Below are positions 29,602 to 38,721 of a stretch of DNA of 64,000 nucleotides, piece by piece. The notes under the pieces were generated by a model. That model made no database searches and was not told the DNA's origin. It saw nothing but the letters and a program-made list of their open reading frames with translations. The position numbers and the translations under genes are program-made. The DNA lies in IMG/VR virus record IMGVR_UViG_3300028588_000015, positions 70,721 to 134,720 of that record; one strand, written 5' to 3'. The stretch's first letter is position 1. Every line of letters starts with the position of its first letter. Source of the stretch: a virus.

Positions 29602-30360
29602 ATGGAAAAGAAGAAGGTTCCTTTGCTGTTGTTCTCGGGCGGTCTCGATTCGTCCTACATGTTGCAAACGTATCTGGAAAAGGGTGACGTTGAAACACTT
29701 TACGTCAAAGGAGCACAGCATCCAGACAAAGTCACGCTCGAATTGCGGGCTCGCACGCGCATCATTGCCGAACTGGAAAAGAAGACCGGCAATAGGGTTC
29801 TCAAGGACCGTGTCGTTAATCTCCACGATTTGTTCGAAGGCGACATGCCTGACCGTGCTTTTGTTCAACCCATCACCTGGATCACCGGTGCGCTCCAAGT
29901 ATCGAACGGAGAGAAGCATGCTCACCTTGCTATTGGCTATGTCAGTGGCGACCAAGTTTCTTCCGAAATTCCGTTCATACACGCTGCATGGGAAAACATA
30001 CAGCACTTCACGAAGCAAAATACTATCCCGGTTGAGTTTCCATTGAAGGTCACCACCAAGCTGATGATCCTCGATAACATCTGGCCTGAAGTGGTTCAGC
30101 ACGTCTGGGTCTGTGAAATGCCCGAGCGGCGCGGTGACCGTATCGACGGCGTGGGTAGTAAAAAAAGACCAAAATCATGCGAATGGTGCGCAGCATGTCT
30201 TACACAGGCTGGCACCTTGGCGATGTGGAAACAGAAACACGGTGAGCCATACAGCCATAGATTCATCGCGCGGCTGCGTTGCAATAAGTTAAGAGAAGAA
30301 GATGCGTTAAAACGAGTACTACTGAAAGAAACTATCCCTCCAAGAGAAAATTCAAGATGA
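29602..30360 (+). CDS. QueC-like PP-loop ATPase
   Basis: LLFSGGLDSS; FPL....K; W.CE.P...CEWCAAC zinc site. Confidence 0.8.
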   Translation: MEKKKVPLLLFSGGLDSSYMLQTYLEKGDVETLYVKGAQHPDKVTLELRARTRIIAELEKKTGNRVLKDRVVNLHDLFEGDMPDRAFVQPITWITGALQVSNGEKHAHLAIGYVSGDQVSSEIPFIHAAWENIQHFTKQNTIPVEFPLKVTTKLMILDNIWPEVVQHVWVCEMPERRGDRIDGVGSKKRPKSCEWCAACLTQAGTLAMWKQKHGEPYSHRFIARLRCNKLREEDALKRVLLKETIPPRENSR

Positions 30361-30683
30361 AAATCAAACGTTTCGATATCCCTATCAAAATCTTCGTCAC
30401 CCGTTTCTTCACGCCCTATCCCAAGAAAACAGTCGAACGTGAGCGCTCGACCGTCGAGACCCGAGAAGGTCGAATACGGGCACCGAAAGACATCGAAGAC
30501 GAACTGATCAAGCTCCTCGCCGACGCCAAGGCATCCAATCTCGTGATTACGGTGACCCAACAGTCCGTGTTCCCGCCGGCGATGGGCCGCATCCAAGATC
30601 ACATCGTGATTCGCGAGTCATATGAAGTTGCGCGCATGATCATGGAGCGCAAAGACTTCAACCAAGACAAGGAACAAGAGTGA
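30357..30683 (+). CDS. Hypothetical protein
   Basis: ATGA overlap; strong codon bias. Confidence 0.6.
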   Translation: MKIKRFDIPIKIFVTRFFTPYPKKTVERERSTVETREGRIRAPKDIEDELIKLLADAKASNLVITVTQQSVFPPAMGRIQDHIVIRESYEVARMIMERKDFNQDKEQE

Positions 30684-30684
30684 T

Positions 30685-31098
30685 ATGGACGATTCCTTGA
30701 TTGTGCGTGAAATCTTCGCCCACCGCGTCGACGATCACGTGTCGCCGCTCAAGATCGAGTGCCTTGGGGTTGCGGCACAGGGCGGCGCACAGAACTATTA
30801 CCGGATCACCGGTTTTAATTACGCAGCCGACGGCAAAACGGTCAATGCCCTGCCAATCTCTTTTCAGATTGGCAACCCCGAGGTGTTGGGCGTCAACGGT
30901 GTGACCATGGAAGCACTGCTGGCGGTGGTCATTGACCGCCTGTCAGGATTGCAAAAAGGGATGTACCCGTGTAGCGAAAACAATATGGCTTTGGGGCATC
31001 TCGAAGCCAGCATGACTTACCTGCACGCACGGTCGCGCCGTATTCAACAGACGCTGTTTGAAATTGAAGCCATGCCTGAACTGCCAGAAAAGAATTGA
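30685..31098 (+). CDS. tad1: Tad1-like immune-signal sponge protein
   Basis: GGA...Y.I, ISFQ.G......NGVT.E.LL.V..DRL..LQ.G.Y.C.EN..AL.HLE.....L..R matches the Tad1 pattern. Confidence 0.8.
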   Translation: MDDSLIVREIFAHRVDDHVSPLKIECLGVAAQGGAQNYYRITGFNYAADGKTVNALPISFQIGNPEVLGVNGVTMEALLAVVIDRLSGLQKGMYPCSENNMALGHLEASMTYLHARSRRIQQTLFEIEAMPELPEKN

Positions 31099-31204
31099 TG
31101 TAAATTATTACATTAATTTCCCTATGGTATGTTTAGTACTGGGTAACTCATTTTCCCCAACCTGAATAAAGGGTAACCGATGAACAAACTCGAATAACCA
31201 AAAA

Positions 31205-31808
31205 CTATCTGATGATCCGTGAAAACCGGAGCCACGTGCTGAGCACTGTGCGAGGTGTCACCGTATCCAGCGGTGTGGTACGTGGTTGGGATAATACCCC
31301 ATGAAACCCGAGGGCTCCAGAAGTTGTTCTGGGATTGCTTCTGCCGGTTGACAGACCCTTCACGGAGTCTAACAACTGAGTGTGTGTGCCTCTGGTCATA
31401 GAACGTGACGTTTTTGGGTTACGGTACGTCGCATTTTCCTTTCCTAGGAAAAGATACCATGCAAGCTTCCAACTTGTGAAAACCGTACGGCCAAACTTTC
31501 TGGGTGGAACCAGTCATGTTTGGCAAGTTGTCCACATTCCCGTGGCGGCCCTCCCTTGGGCAGCGGACAGCGGGAAAGAGCATATTACCCCGGCCCGTGT
31601 GGAGTGTGGGTGGTTGGTGCCGCGGCCTGCGGCCAGTGCTCTGTGTGCAGCCTGTAACACCTTTCTCGTGTTGGCTGAAAACAGCCGGCCTCTTTGGAAC
31701 CCGCCAAAGATGATTCGCTCGATATTGGGATACCGACGGGATGTCGGGGTCGGGGGAATGCGTGTGAGGGTGTTACGGGATGTACAGTGTTTTCATGGAT
31801 CGTGATAG
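31205..31808 (+). ncRNA. Candidate large (~600 nt) structured ncRNA, class not recognised
   Basis: CTATC/ATGATCCGTGAAAAC (31205-31226) pairs with GTTTTCATGGATCGT/GATAG (31789-31808); more than 10 internal helices; terminator downstream. Confidence 0.7.
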
Positions 31809-31825
31809 GGATGTCCGATCTTGAC

Positions 31826-31850
31826 AGTCACCCTTCGGGGTGACTTTTTT
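31826..31850 (+). terminator. Intrinsic terminator (UUCG loop)
   Basis: AGTCACCC-TTCG-GGGTGACT-TTTTT. Confidence 0.85.
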
Positions 31851-31874
31851 CCGACTACTAAAGAAAACGATACC

Positions 31875-32426
31875 ATGAAACATTTACGATTGGCATTGGA
31901 GCATAACTCACCATTAGCTAACATGGAAGAGGTGAGGGCGGAACCAGAAGGAAATATGTGGTTTCGACACACCTCGCCGTATGCGCTGGCTGAATTGAAA
32001 CCGTTGAGTTACGATGAATTGGAAAAGGTTCGGCCCGATTACGATGTTGAGGCACGTAAAAGGACAGAAAAGAAATACCATCGCTTGGCACACACGAATC
32101 CCGACACGAGTTTTCTTTACGCCACGATGGTGGGATTTCATCAGATGGAAGATGTGCTGTCTTACCCAGGTTACACATATTTCTTCAAACTGGAACTATG
32201 GCAATTGCCCGAATGTATCTTTGATGTCGTCGATCAAAAGAAGTGGATGGAGCCGACCAAAGGTATTGCTGGATACACGCTGGCACGAGACATTTGGACG
32301 CGGCATCGGCGAGAATTTAAACCGTACGAGGAAGAAGGTCTCGGCACTATTGAACCACGTATCGAGCTTATCATTCCGTATTCGGTAAAACCCAAACTCT
32401 ATGTCCCGCAAGAAGAAGACCGTTAG
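31875..32426 (+). CDS. Hypothetical protein, possible processed head protein
   Basis: N-terminal KHLRLALE resembles the phiKZ-type head protease site (S/A/G-x-E). Confidence 0.55.
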   Translation: MKHLRLALEHNSPLANMEEVRAEPEGNMWFRHTSPYALAELKPLSYDELEKVRPDYDVEARKRTEKKYHRLAHTNPDTSFLYATMVGFHQMEDVLSYPGYTYFFKLELWQLPECIFDVVDQKKWMEPTKGIAGYTLARDIWTRHRREFKPYEEEGLGTIEPRIELIIPYSVKPKLYVPQEEDR

Positions 32427-32515
32427 AAGGCAGAGGGAGGCTAACGCCTCTCTTTATGCCGGATTGTGAAAAATACCGAGGCAAGATATTTCATAGTGAA
32501 CACAGGGAGAAACAG

Positions 32516-32941
32516 ATGTGGCCGTCAGTCATCGTACTCGATACGCAGCGTATCATGAAAGCGTTTCGCGAACACGCGGAGCAGTCCGGTAAACCACTCG
32601 ATTTTCCAGATGAAATGGTACGTGAGATTGTGGTCTGTCTTCGTCATGCAAGACGCGCGACGCTGCGCCTGGACCAACTCATGTGGTGTATCTTGAGTAA
32701 CGAATTCGAGCACCATTACGCAGCGTACGCGGATTCCACCGTATTGGTATTTATTGAAGAACTGGGCAATGTACTAATGGATAGCATTATCCGACATAAT
32801 CTCTACGACCAATACGGCACGCTGCACTATCGTTATCTAGAACCCCGAGTGGTTGATTTTAACTGTATCATTTTAAAGAGGAGTGAAAATGTTGGTAGCG
32901 ACGACCCCCTCCCCAGCCCAACCCCCCGTTATCATTTTTGA
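32516..32941 (+). CDS. Paralog family A (P-x-V/I-I/V-x-L-D) protein
   Basis: MWPSVIVLD...NLYDQYGTLHY. Confidence 0.65.
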   Translation: MWPSVIVLDTQRIMKAFREHAEQSGKPLDFPDEMVREIVVCLRHARRATLRLDQLMWCILSNEFEHHYAAYADSTVLVFIEELGNVLMDSIIRHNLYDQYGTLHYRYLEPRVVDFNCIILKRSENVGSDDPLPSPTPRYHF

Positions 32942-33296
32942 TATCAGTGAAGTGATGTGGGAGTACCGAGACTGCTTTGGTCCAGAGAGCGATGCAGGCA
33001 TCGATATGGAGTATCTCTTCAATGATATTTTGCAAGCATTGAAAGTTCACCAGTATCACCCCAATGTACTCTTTATCTTGGCGAAGGCAGTGATTGCCAA
33101 TAGCCGCGAGTACTTGCCTGTCGAAGAAAAAAGAATTGAAGAAGCCATCTTACAGTTGGGTGAGGTGATTCACAAGAAGTTACAGAGCAGCGGCTTTTAC
33201 ATCAACCAACAACACCCGTACCATTTACATCGTCTTTTCATGAACAACAGTTTGGTGCTTGCTCATGAAGGGTATTCGGACTACGTGGAATTCTAA
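32889..33296 (+). CDS. Paralog family A protein
   Basis: PPVIIFD...GFYINQQHPY...SLVL. Confidence 0.6.
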   Translation: MLVATTPSPAQPPVIIFDISEVMWEYRDCFGPESDAGIDMEYLFNDILQALKVHQYHPNVLFILAKAVIANSREYLPVEEKRIEEAILQLGEVIHKKLQSSGFYINQQHPYHLHRLFMNNSLVLAHEGYSDYVEF

Positions 33297-33426
33297 TCGA
33301 TGGGCCTTCAGGCTCATCTTTTTTTTTTGTCTGTTCAAGAACCATTAGAATTAATTACAGCAACATATTACAAAGGGAGCACAAGTGAATGTGACTCTTA
33401 ACTAACTTGAAGAAAGAGGAAAGAAC

Positions 33427-33825
33427 ATGAAAATCGAAATTGCAGACTGCATGAAAGTCGCCAAAGACTTGGTGGAAATGATGAAAAAGATCGATGGGTG
33501 TGACCCGCGCGACACTTCGCAATTAAGTGTTCGCATTAACCCTATTATGCTGGAAGACAACAATGGCACGGAACGGCCGGGTATTCAGGTGCTTAATACC
33601 GAGAATAGCTCAACCGTAAGTTACATGGTCGTGGGCGGTCATCCGAGATGTTTTACGATCGAATACATGATGCTGACGCTGGCGGAACACGAGTCTGAAG
33701 AAGAAGATTTTCCAAGTAATTTCTTGGACCTCGACCGCGACGGCATGGCTTTGTTTAGTTTGCACGTATTTAATTTCCTAGGATTCGGTGTGAAACCCAC
33801 CGTACCTGGCGGCGAAGGCGATTAA
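33427..33825 (+). CDS. Hypothetical early protein (family B-like C-terminus)
   Basis: Downstream of AACATATTAC; VFNFLGFGVKP. Confidence 0.6.
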   Translation: MKIEIADCMKVAKDLVEMMKKIDGCDPRDTSQLSVRINPIMLEDNNGTERPGIQVLNTENSSTVSYMVVGGHPRCFTIEYMMLTLAEHESEEEDFPSNFLDLDRDGMALFSLHVFNFLGFGVKPTVPGGEGD

Positions 33826-33899
33826 GAAAAAAGTACGAGAAGGGGGGCAATAATGTGATTGACCTCCCCATTGTTTTGTCTAACTGAAAGAGACTTATC

Positions 33900-34196
33900 A
33901 TGACTACCGCCTGTGCAGTTGCTCAAGAGTCGTATCGTATCAGGATGGACATCGGTATCAAAAGTGATAATGGCCATGTGCTCCTTCGTGCGAGGGAATA
34001 TACGACCACGATCACGCCGCCGGTGCAGAAGTACACGACACATGCCGCAATCATGACGCGTTGTGAAAACCTCGCGCTGGCGGAATACGCCAAGCAATTT
34101 GAAACACAAATGGATGGCGACATGACCATCCAACGTCTGCTCCGTGGAAAAGATTGGAGCTTCTTCTACAAAGTCAATACGTTTAAAAAGGAGTAA
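33900..34196 (+). CDS. Hypothetical protein
   Basis: Operon context. Confidence 0.5.
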   Translation: MTTACAVAQESYRIRMDIGIKSDNGHVLLRAREYTTTITPPVQKYTTHAAIMTRCENLALAEYAKQFETQMDGDMTIQRLLRGKDWSFFYKVNTFKKE

Positions 34197-34200
34197 TACG

Positions 34201-34443
34201 GTGAAATCGAAAGAAATGATGATCAAGGATGCACGCATGTATTTGCGTTCGGCCAAAGCGGGGATTAGCGAGGATGGCGCTTCCCTTACGTTTATGGAAG
34301 CAATGGCGGCAGCTAAACAAGCCGAACAAGCCGCTGCCGAGCTTTATCGCTTGGCCGGGCGTATCGAAGTTGAAGCGGACATTAAACGAAAGAAGGCAAT
34401 CGGCAGTGCCGCCGACGAATTGAAATACATCGTCGCGGCGTAA
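34201..34443 (+). CDS. Hypothetical helical protein
   Basis: AGGAG RBS before GTG. Confidence 0.55.
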   Translation: MKSKEMMIKDARMYLRSAKAGISEDGASLTFMEAMAAAKQAEQAAAELYRLAGRIEVEADIKRKKAIGSAADELKYIVAA

Positions 34444-34467
34444 ACAAATAAAAAGGAATAAGAAGAA

Positions 34468-34980
34468 ATGAGTACTCGTAAGAAAAAGGTTGAGGAGTTT
34501 AAGTACAAAGTCAAGACGACCCAAATTCCCGTGATGACACTTGAACAAAAGCAAGAAACGCTGGTACGCGAAGAACAAAGCAAACGCTTGCTTCGTATCC
34601 AGTGCTACATGGGGCTGGAGAAGATGCAACTCGGTATCGCCACACAGGCCGATTGGTATTTGATTCAGTTGCGTCTCAGCGTCGGTGACCGGATGGTGGA
34701 TGTTTTGGAAAAGAACAACGTCGATCTGAGTACGGATGACATCCGCGATTTGAATACGGTTGCCGACGCCGGACTGAAAGCGTTATACGCGATCGGTGAG
34801 CGCATCAACGATAACTTGACGACGGAGTTCTATACCACGTTTGACGAGCGTGGAGATATCGAAGCCGCGCTGAACCTATCGGATGAACTTGAAGACCTCG
34901 TCACTGAGTTCTACGGCAGTGCGGTCTTCGCGCGTCTGTACTTGGACACCAAGAACCATTTGATCAGGATGCATCCATAG
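34468..34980 (+). CDS. Hypothetical protein
   Basis: RBS; ends at a hairpin. Confidence 0.6.
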   Translation: MSTRKKKVEEFKYKVKTTQIPVMTLEQKQETLVREEQSKRLLRIQCYMGLEKMQLGIATQADWYLIQLRLSVGDRMVDVLEKNNVDLSTDDIRDLNTVADAGLKALYAIGERINDNLTTEFYTTFDERGDIEAALNLSDELEDLVTEFYGSAVFARLYLDTKNHLIRMHP

Positions 34981-35061
34981 CGTAAGGGAGGCCCATGCCT
35001 CCTTTATGCCGTGTGGTGAAAGTTTATTGGGTCGAGATTATTATTGAGGAGGGCATCTAAG

Positions 35062-35616
35062 ATGACAATCGCTATTATCGGTACTGCGGGACGCGACAAG
35101 ACCAAACCCATGAGGCTTCCCCTCTACATGTGGATGTTGGGGGATGTCTATCAACGGGTTCCGAAAGGGGCGCACGTGAAGTCAGGTGGTGCAGCATGGG
35201 CCGACCACCTATCGGTCTCACTTTTTTTGTTCGGCCACGCAGGTGAAATCACATTGCATTTGCCGGCGCCGTTCGTGAACGGGCGTTTCGTGGACAGTGG
35301 GTTCAAAAGCGCAGGTAGCGCGGCCAATTACTATCATGGTCTCTTCAGTCAAATCATTGGCCGTGATACCTTGGGACAAATTGCTCAAGTTATTGAAATG
35401 GGGCAAGTGCAGGGAAACCGGTTTGTCCACATTGAATGTGAACCTGCTTCACCCGGAATCGGCGGCATGTTTGCCCGCAATAGCAAAGTCGCAGTCGCTG
35501 ATGAAATGCTGGCCTACACCTTCGGCAAAGGCGACATCCCGGCCGATGGCGGCACACTCGATACATGGAACAAATGTAACGGTAAGAAGACGCACATTTC
35601 TTTGCCGTATCTTTAG
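35062..35616 (+). CDS. SLOG-superfamily (YspA/DprA-like) protein
   Basis: IAIIGTAGR, SGGAAWADH, ARNSKVA, GGT..TW. Confidence 0.7.
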   Translation: MTIAIIGTAGRDKTKPMRLPLYMWMLGDVYQRVPKGAHVKSGGAAWADHLSVSLFLFGHAGEITLHLPAPFVNGRFVDSGFKSAGSAANYYHGLFSQIIGRDTLGQIAQVIEMGQVQGNRFVHIECEPASPGIGGMFARNSKVAVADEMLAYTFGKGDIPADGGTLDTWNKCNGKKTHISLPYL

Positions 35617-35640
35617 GAATAGAAAAGAAAGGATAAGAAC

Positions 35641-36477
35641 ATGTTTCAAGTGATCAAACTCAATGACGGGACCAAGGTCGAATATTACAAAGACAGTCGT
35701 CCTTTCGTCCGTGGTTTCGGTACGGTGATCAAATCAATTCTGGGCCTCAATCACGTGCTGCACTGGAAACAGATGAAGCGTAATGAAGGGTTCGAATTGA
35801 TGAAGAAGTATCCGCCCTTCATGAAGTTCTTTACACCACCCCGGCTAATCTTGGAAAAACGTAAAGAACTACGCGATGGCGAGATAGTTCACCCGTACTA
35901 CTACGTCGACGAAACAATCTTCGTGCCAGCTGGACCATGGCCGACCTGCCCGATCCACCTCTGGATGCCGCTGGATACTGACGCGTGGGTGCGTCAGCGT
36001 GTCGACATCATCGTCGACCACTGGAAGGGCGCCGAAACGGCCACAAGCGCAGAAGAATGGGTCATAACGGTGCATCAACGTACCAAGGTAGAGAAAATCT
36101 CTCCATCTTTCGAATGGGCCAGCTTTGACATACTCACAGCACGGTCCCAAGGAAAGTCGATCTATCAAGATTCTGCAAGCCGTCGGCAGTACGATGGTTC
36201 GTCGATGGCATGGCTGCGCGAACTGTTCGAGGCATCGAAAGAAGTCCCGGATCAGGAACTGCCATCGTCGTACCCGAACGTGCGTGCCAAGTGGCGCAGT
36301 CTCGCCAGCCAAGTATCCCTCGCATGGCGGCTGATCACAAAGGGCCTCACGCGAACGACCGACCTGTTCGTACTCAACATGATGAACTGGACGTCAAAAC
36401 CCAAGATCAGTCTGTCAAGCGCACTGTGGCAGCACGAACGCATGCACCATGTGCTTAATTGTATCATGCCGTACTGA
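35641..36477 (+). CDS. Hypothetical protein
   Basis: 278-aa ORF with RBS. Confidence 0.6.
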   Translation: MFQVIKLNDGTKVEYYKDSRPFVRGFGTVIKSILGLNHVLHWKQMKRNEGFELMKKYPPFMKFFTPPRLILEKRKELRDGEIVHPYYYVDETIFVPAGPWPTCPIHLWMPLDTDAWVRQRVDIIVDHWKGAETATSAEEWVITVHQRTKVEKISPSFEWASFDILTARSQGKSIYQDSASRRQYDGSSMAWLRELFEASKEVPDQELPSSYPNVRAKWRSLASQVSLAWRLITKGLTRTTDLFVLNMMNWTSKPKISLSSALWQHERMHHVLNCIMPY

Positions 36478-36488
36478 AAGAGAAGACT

Positions 36489-36878
36489 ATGATCAAAGCA
36501 GCTATCGGCAATACCGCCATTCTTGGCTTGGAAGAGAAGAATATCGAGGCACTGCAACAAAATAAGCCCATGGTGGTCAAACTCAAAGAAATTGGCTTGG
36601 CCGACATCGCAGTCGTCATTGCGTACATTGAAAGCGGGCGTGCACTAATGCCCCGGTTGCCGACTGGCGATGTTGCAGCCATTGGGCTTGACACCAACGA
36701 TATCGCAAAAATCAAGGCCGGTACGCCGGTCATGATCAAACTGAAAGACCTTGGTTTAGCCGACATTGTCGTCGGCATCATCTACGGTACTACACAAGCG
36801 GATATCGTGGCGTACATGGAGAAAGAACTCGGTCTCAAAATGCCTGCAATCAATCCAATCGACAACAAACCCATCTAA
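36489..36878 (+). CDS. Hypothetical protein with an internal tandem duplication
   Basis: GL...NI..L....P...KLKEIGLADI / GL...DI..I....P...KLKDLGLADI. Confidence 0.65.
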   Translation: MIKAAIGNTAILGLEEKNIEALQQNKPMVVKLKEIGLADIAVVIAYIESGRALMPRLPTGDVAAIGLDTNDIAKIKAGTPVMIKLKDLGLADIVVGIIYGTTQADIVAYMEKELGLKMPAINPIDNKPI

Positions 36879-36893
36879 ACTAGAAAGAACAAC

Positions 36894-37721
36894 ATGTCCA
36901 TTCTGAGCGACAAAACCATCCGTTCCCTGTGCGAGCACCCGATGGCGTACGTGATCTACTGCATCCAGGTGCCGGGCGCAGGTTTGAAAGAAGTAAAGGA
37001 GCCGGTCTATTTCCCGACCAACTGGGAAAGACTGAGCCACCGGGAATTGTTTGATCTCGCTTGGCCCGAAGGCCGCGCCATCGCACAGAAGCGCGGCGCG
37101 GTGGGCACCGTTCAAGTGATGATGAGTGACTTCGCTACGCCCGTCATGGAAAACACCATGATCGAACCGTACGAGCCGCAGCAAGTGCGGGAACGGGATA
37201 AACCTATTCCCGATGGCAGCGACGGCGTCAAGCTCGTCATGGGGAGCGAGAAAATCGTCTCCTACGGTACCTCGTCCTACGGCTACGACATCCGTTGCGG
37301 GCGCGAGTTTAAAGTATTCACGAATACGTATTCGGCTATCGTTGACCCCAAGAACTTCGATGAAAAGGCTTTCGTCGATGTAGTGGGCGACAAGTGCATT
37401 ATCCCGCCGAATTCGTTCGCGCTGGCCCGTACGATGGAATACTTCCGTATCCCGCGCAACGTCCTGACCGTGTGTCTCGGCAAGTCGACCTATGCGCGCT
37501 GCGGTATCATCGTCAACGTGACGCCGTTCGAGCCGGAATGGGAAGGGTACGTGACGCTCGAGTTCTCCAACACCACGCCGCTGCCGGCCGTCATCTATGC
37601 CGGTGAAGGCTGCGCCCAAGTGCTGTTCTTCGAGGGCGACGAGCCGTGCGAAGTGTCGTACAAGGACCGCGGCGGTAAGTACCAAGGCCAAGCGGCGCTG
37701 CCTGTGACGCCGAAGGTGTAA
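36894..37721 (+). CDS. dcd: dCTP deaminase with an N-terminal insertion
   Basis: [63 protein letters not shown]. Confidence 0.95.
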   Translation: MSILSDKTIRSLCEHPMAYVIYCIQVPGAGLKEVKEPVYFPTNWERLSHRELFDLAWPEGRAIAQKRGAVGTVQVMMSDFATPVMENTMIEPYEPQQVRERDKPIPDGSDGVKLVMGSEKIVSYGTSSYGYDIRCGREFKVFTNTYSAIVDPKNFDEKAFVDVVGDKCIIPPNSFALARTMEYFRIPRNVLTVCLGKSTYARCGIIVNVTPFEPEWEGYVTLEFSNTTPLPAVIYAGEGCAQVLFFEGDEPCEVSYKDRGGKYQGQAALPVTPKV

Positions 37722-37788
37722 GGAATAAAAGGTGAGCTACTCTTGCTCACCTTTTCTAAATAACTGAAAGGAAAGAAGGAGTACTATC

Positions 37789-38277
37789 ATGGCAATTGAA
37801 ATGAAATCTGAAATTTCGGTATCCCGACCAACTGGTCGGGATGAAGAACGTCGTCAAGAAGTCCCGCATCCGAAGAAGGTCGGCTATTGGTACAACAAAG
37901 ACGACTGCCGCAACTTTCCGATGCCGAAGGCGCACCCGATTGGCTGGGAAGGTCAAGCCGAGTTTCTCGCCAAGCTCGATGCAATCGAAAAGCCACTGAT
38001 AGAACACTACGCGGCGGTAAACCGGTTCAACAACACACAGTTGGACAAGCCGCGCGATGAACGCGAACCTCGAAAAGAACACGACGGCACGGTTGAAGGC
38101 TATCGTGGATCGTCGACCTGCCGCTGCTGCGGCCACCCGTGGAATGGCAGCCATGAATACAACTTCCAAGGCTGGACTTGGCCGTCGGGGTACATGCACT
38201 ACCTGCGCGATCATAACGTACTGCCGGACGAGGGTTTCAAGCAATTCGTACTCAATTATGTCGAGGAACATTCGTGA
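37789..38277 (+). CDS. Zinc-finger-like hypothetical protein
   Basis: YRGSSTCRCC...NGSHEY....WP....HY...H. Confidence 0.65.
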   Translation: MAIEMKSEISVSRPTGRDEERRQEVPHPKKVGYWYNKDDCRNFPMPKAHPIGWEGQAEFLAKLDAIEKPLIEHYAAVNRFNNTQLDKPRDEREPRKEHDGTVEGYRGSSTCRCCGHPWNGSHEYNFQGWTWPSGYMHYLRDHNVLPDEGFKQFVLNYVEEHS

Positions 38278-38699
38278 AAACCATCACCGACGACCAAAAG
38301 AAAACGGCGCGTGAGAAGTTGATCAAGGTCGTTTCTTCCGTGGTGCCGGAACTCACGCGAGTGGAAGCAAACCCGCAATTCGGGTACGGCGTGTTCTTGC
38401 TGTCCAATGCAGGCCACGCGCGCATTTATCGAGTGCAGCGTGGATTATCGAAAGCGCACAATGAAATCGCGCCGCCGCAAGAAGGTCGTTACGTGGCAGC
38501 GACTGTCACGCTGCTGAAGAAGAACGACCTCGTCCTCGCGTACGGCGAGTATCCGAAGGACGGGGGCGAAAGTGTGCACCTCGGCATGCTCAAGTATGAC
38601 GATCACGAATACGATAAGATTCCCGACCATATCGTTGATTTCCTCGTGACCGGCAAAGTACCGATCGCCGACGATAACGCCCTACCCTTGACGTTGTAA
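38274..38699 (+). CDS. Family B hypothetical protein
   Basis: C-terminal IVDFLVTGKVP. Confidence 0.6.
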   Translation: MKTITDDQKKTAREKLIKVVSSVVPELTRVEANPQFGYGVFLLSNAGHARIYRVQRGLSKAHNEIAPPQEGRYVAATVTLLKKNDLVLAYGEYPKDGGESVHLGMLKYDDHEYDKIPDHIVDFLVTGKVPIADDNALPLTL

Positions 38700-38721
38700 A
38701 ACAGAAAAGAGGAGTCTGGTT

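Noticed and set aside
31380..31805. 141-aa + strand ORF inside the RNA candidate
   Set aside because: GTG start without an RBS, no codon bias like neighbouring genes, atypical composition; better explained as incidental to the structured RNA.
31205..31808. Group I/II intron, tmRNA or RNase P identity for the large RNA
   Set aside because: No interrupted gene, no group II domain V, no P7-type motif, no tRNA-like ends and no GAGGAAAGUCC visible; a covariance search is still needed.
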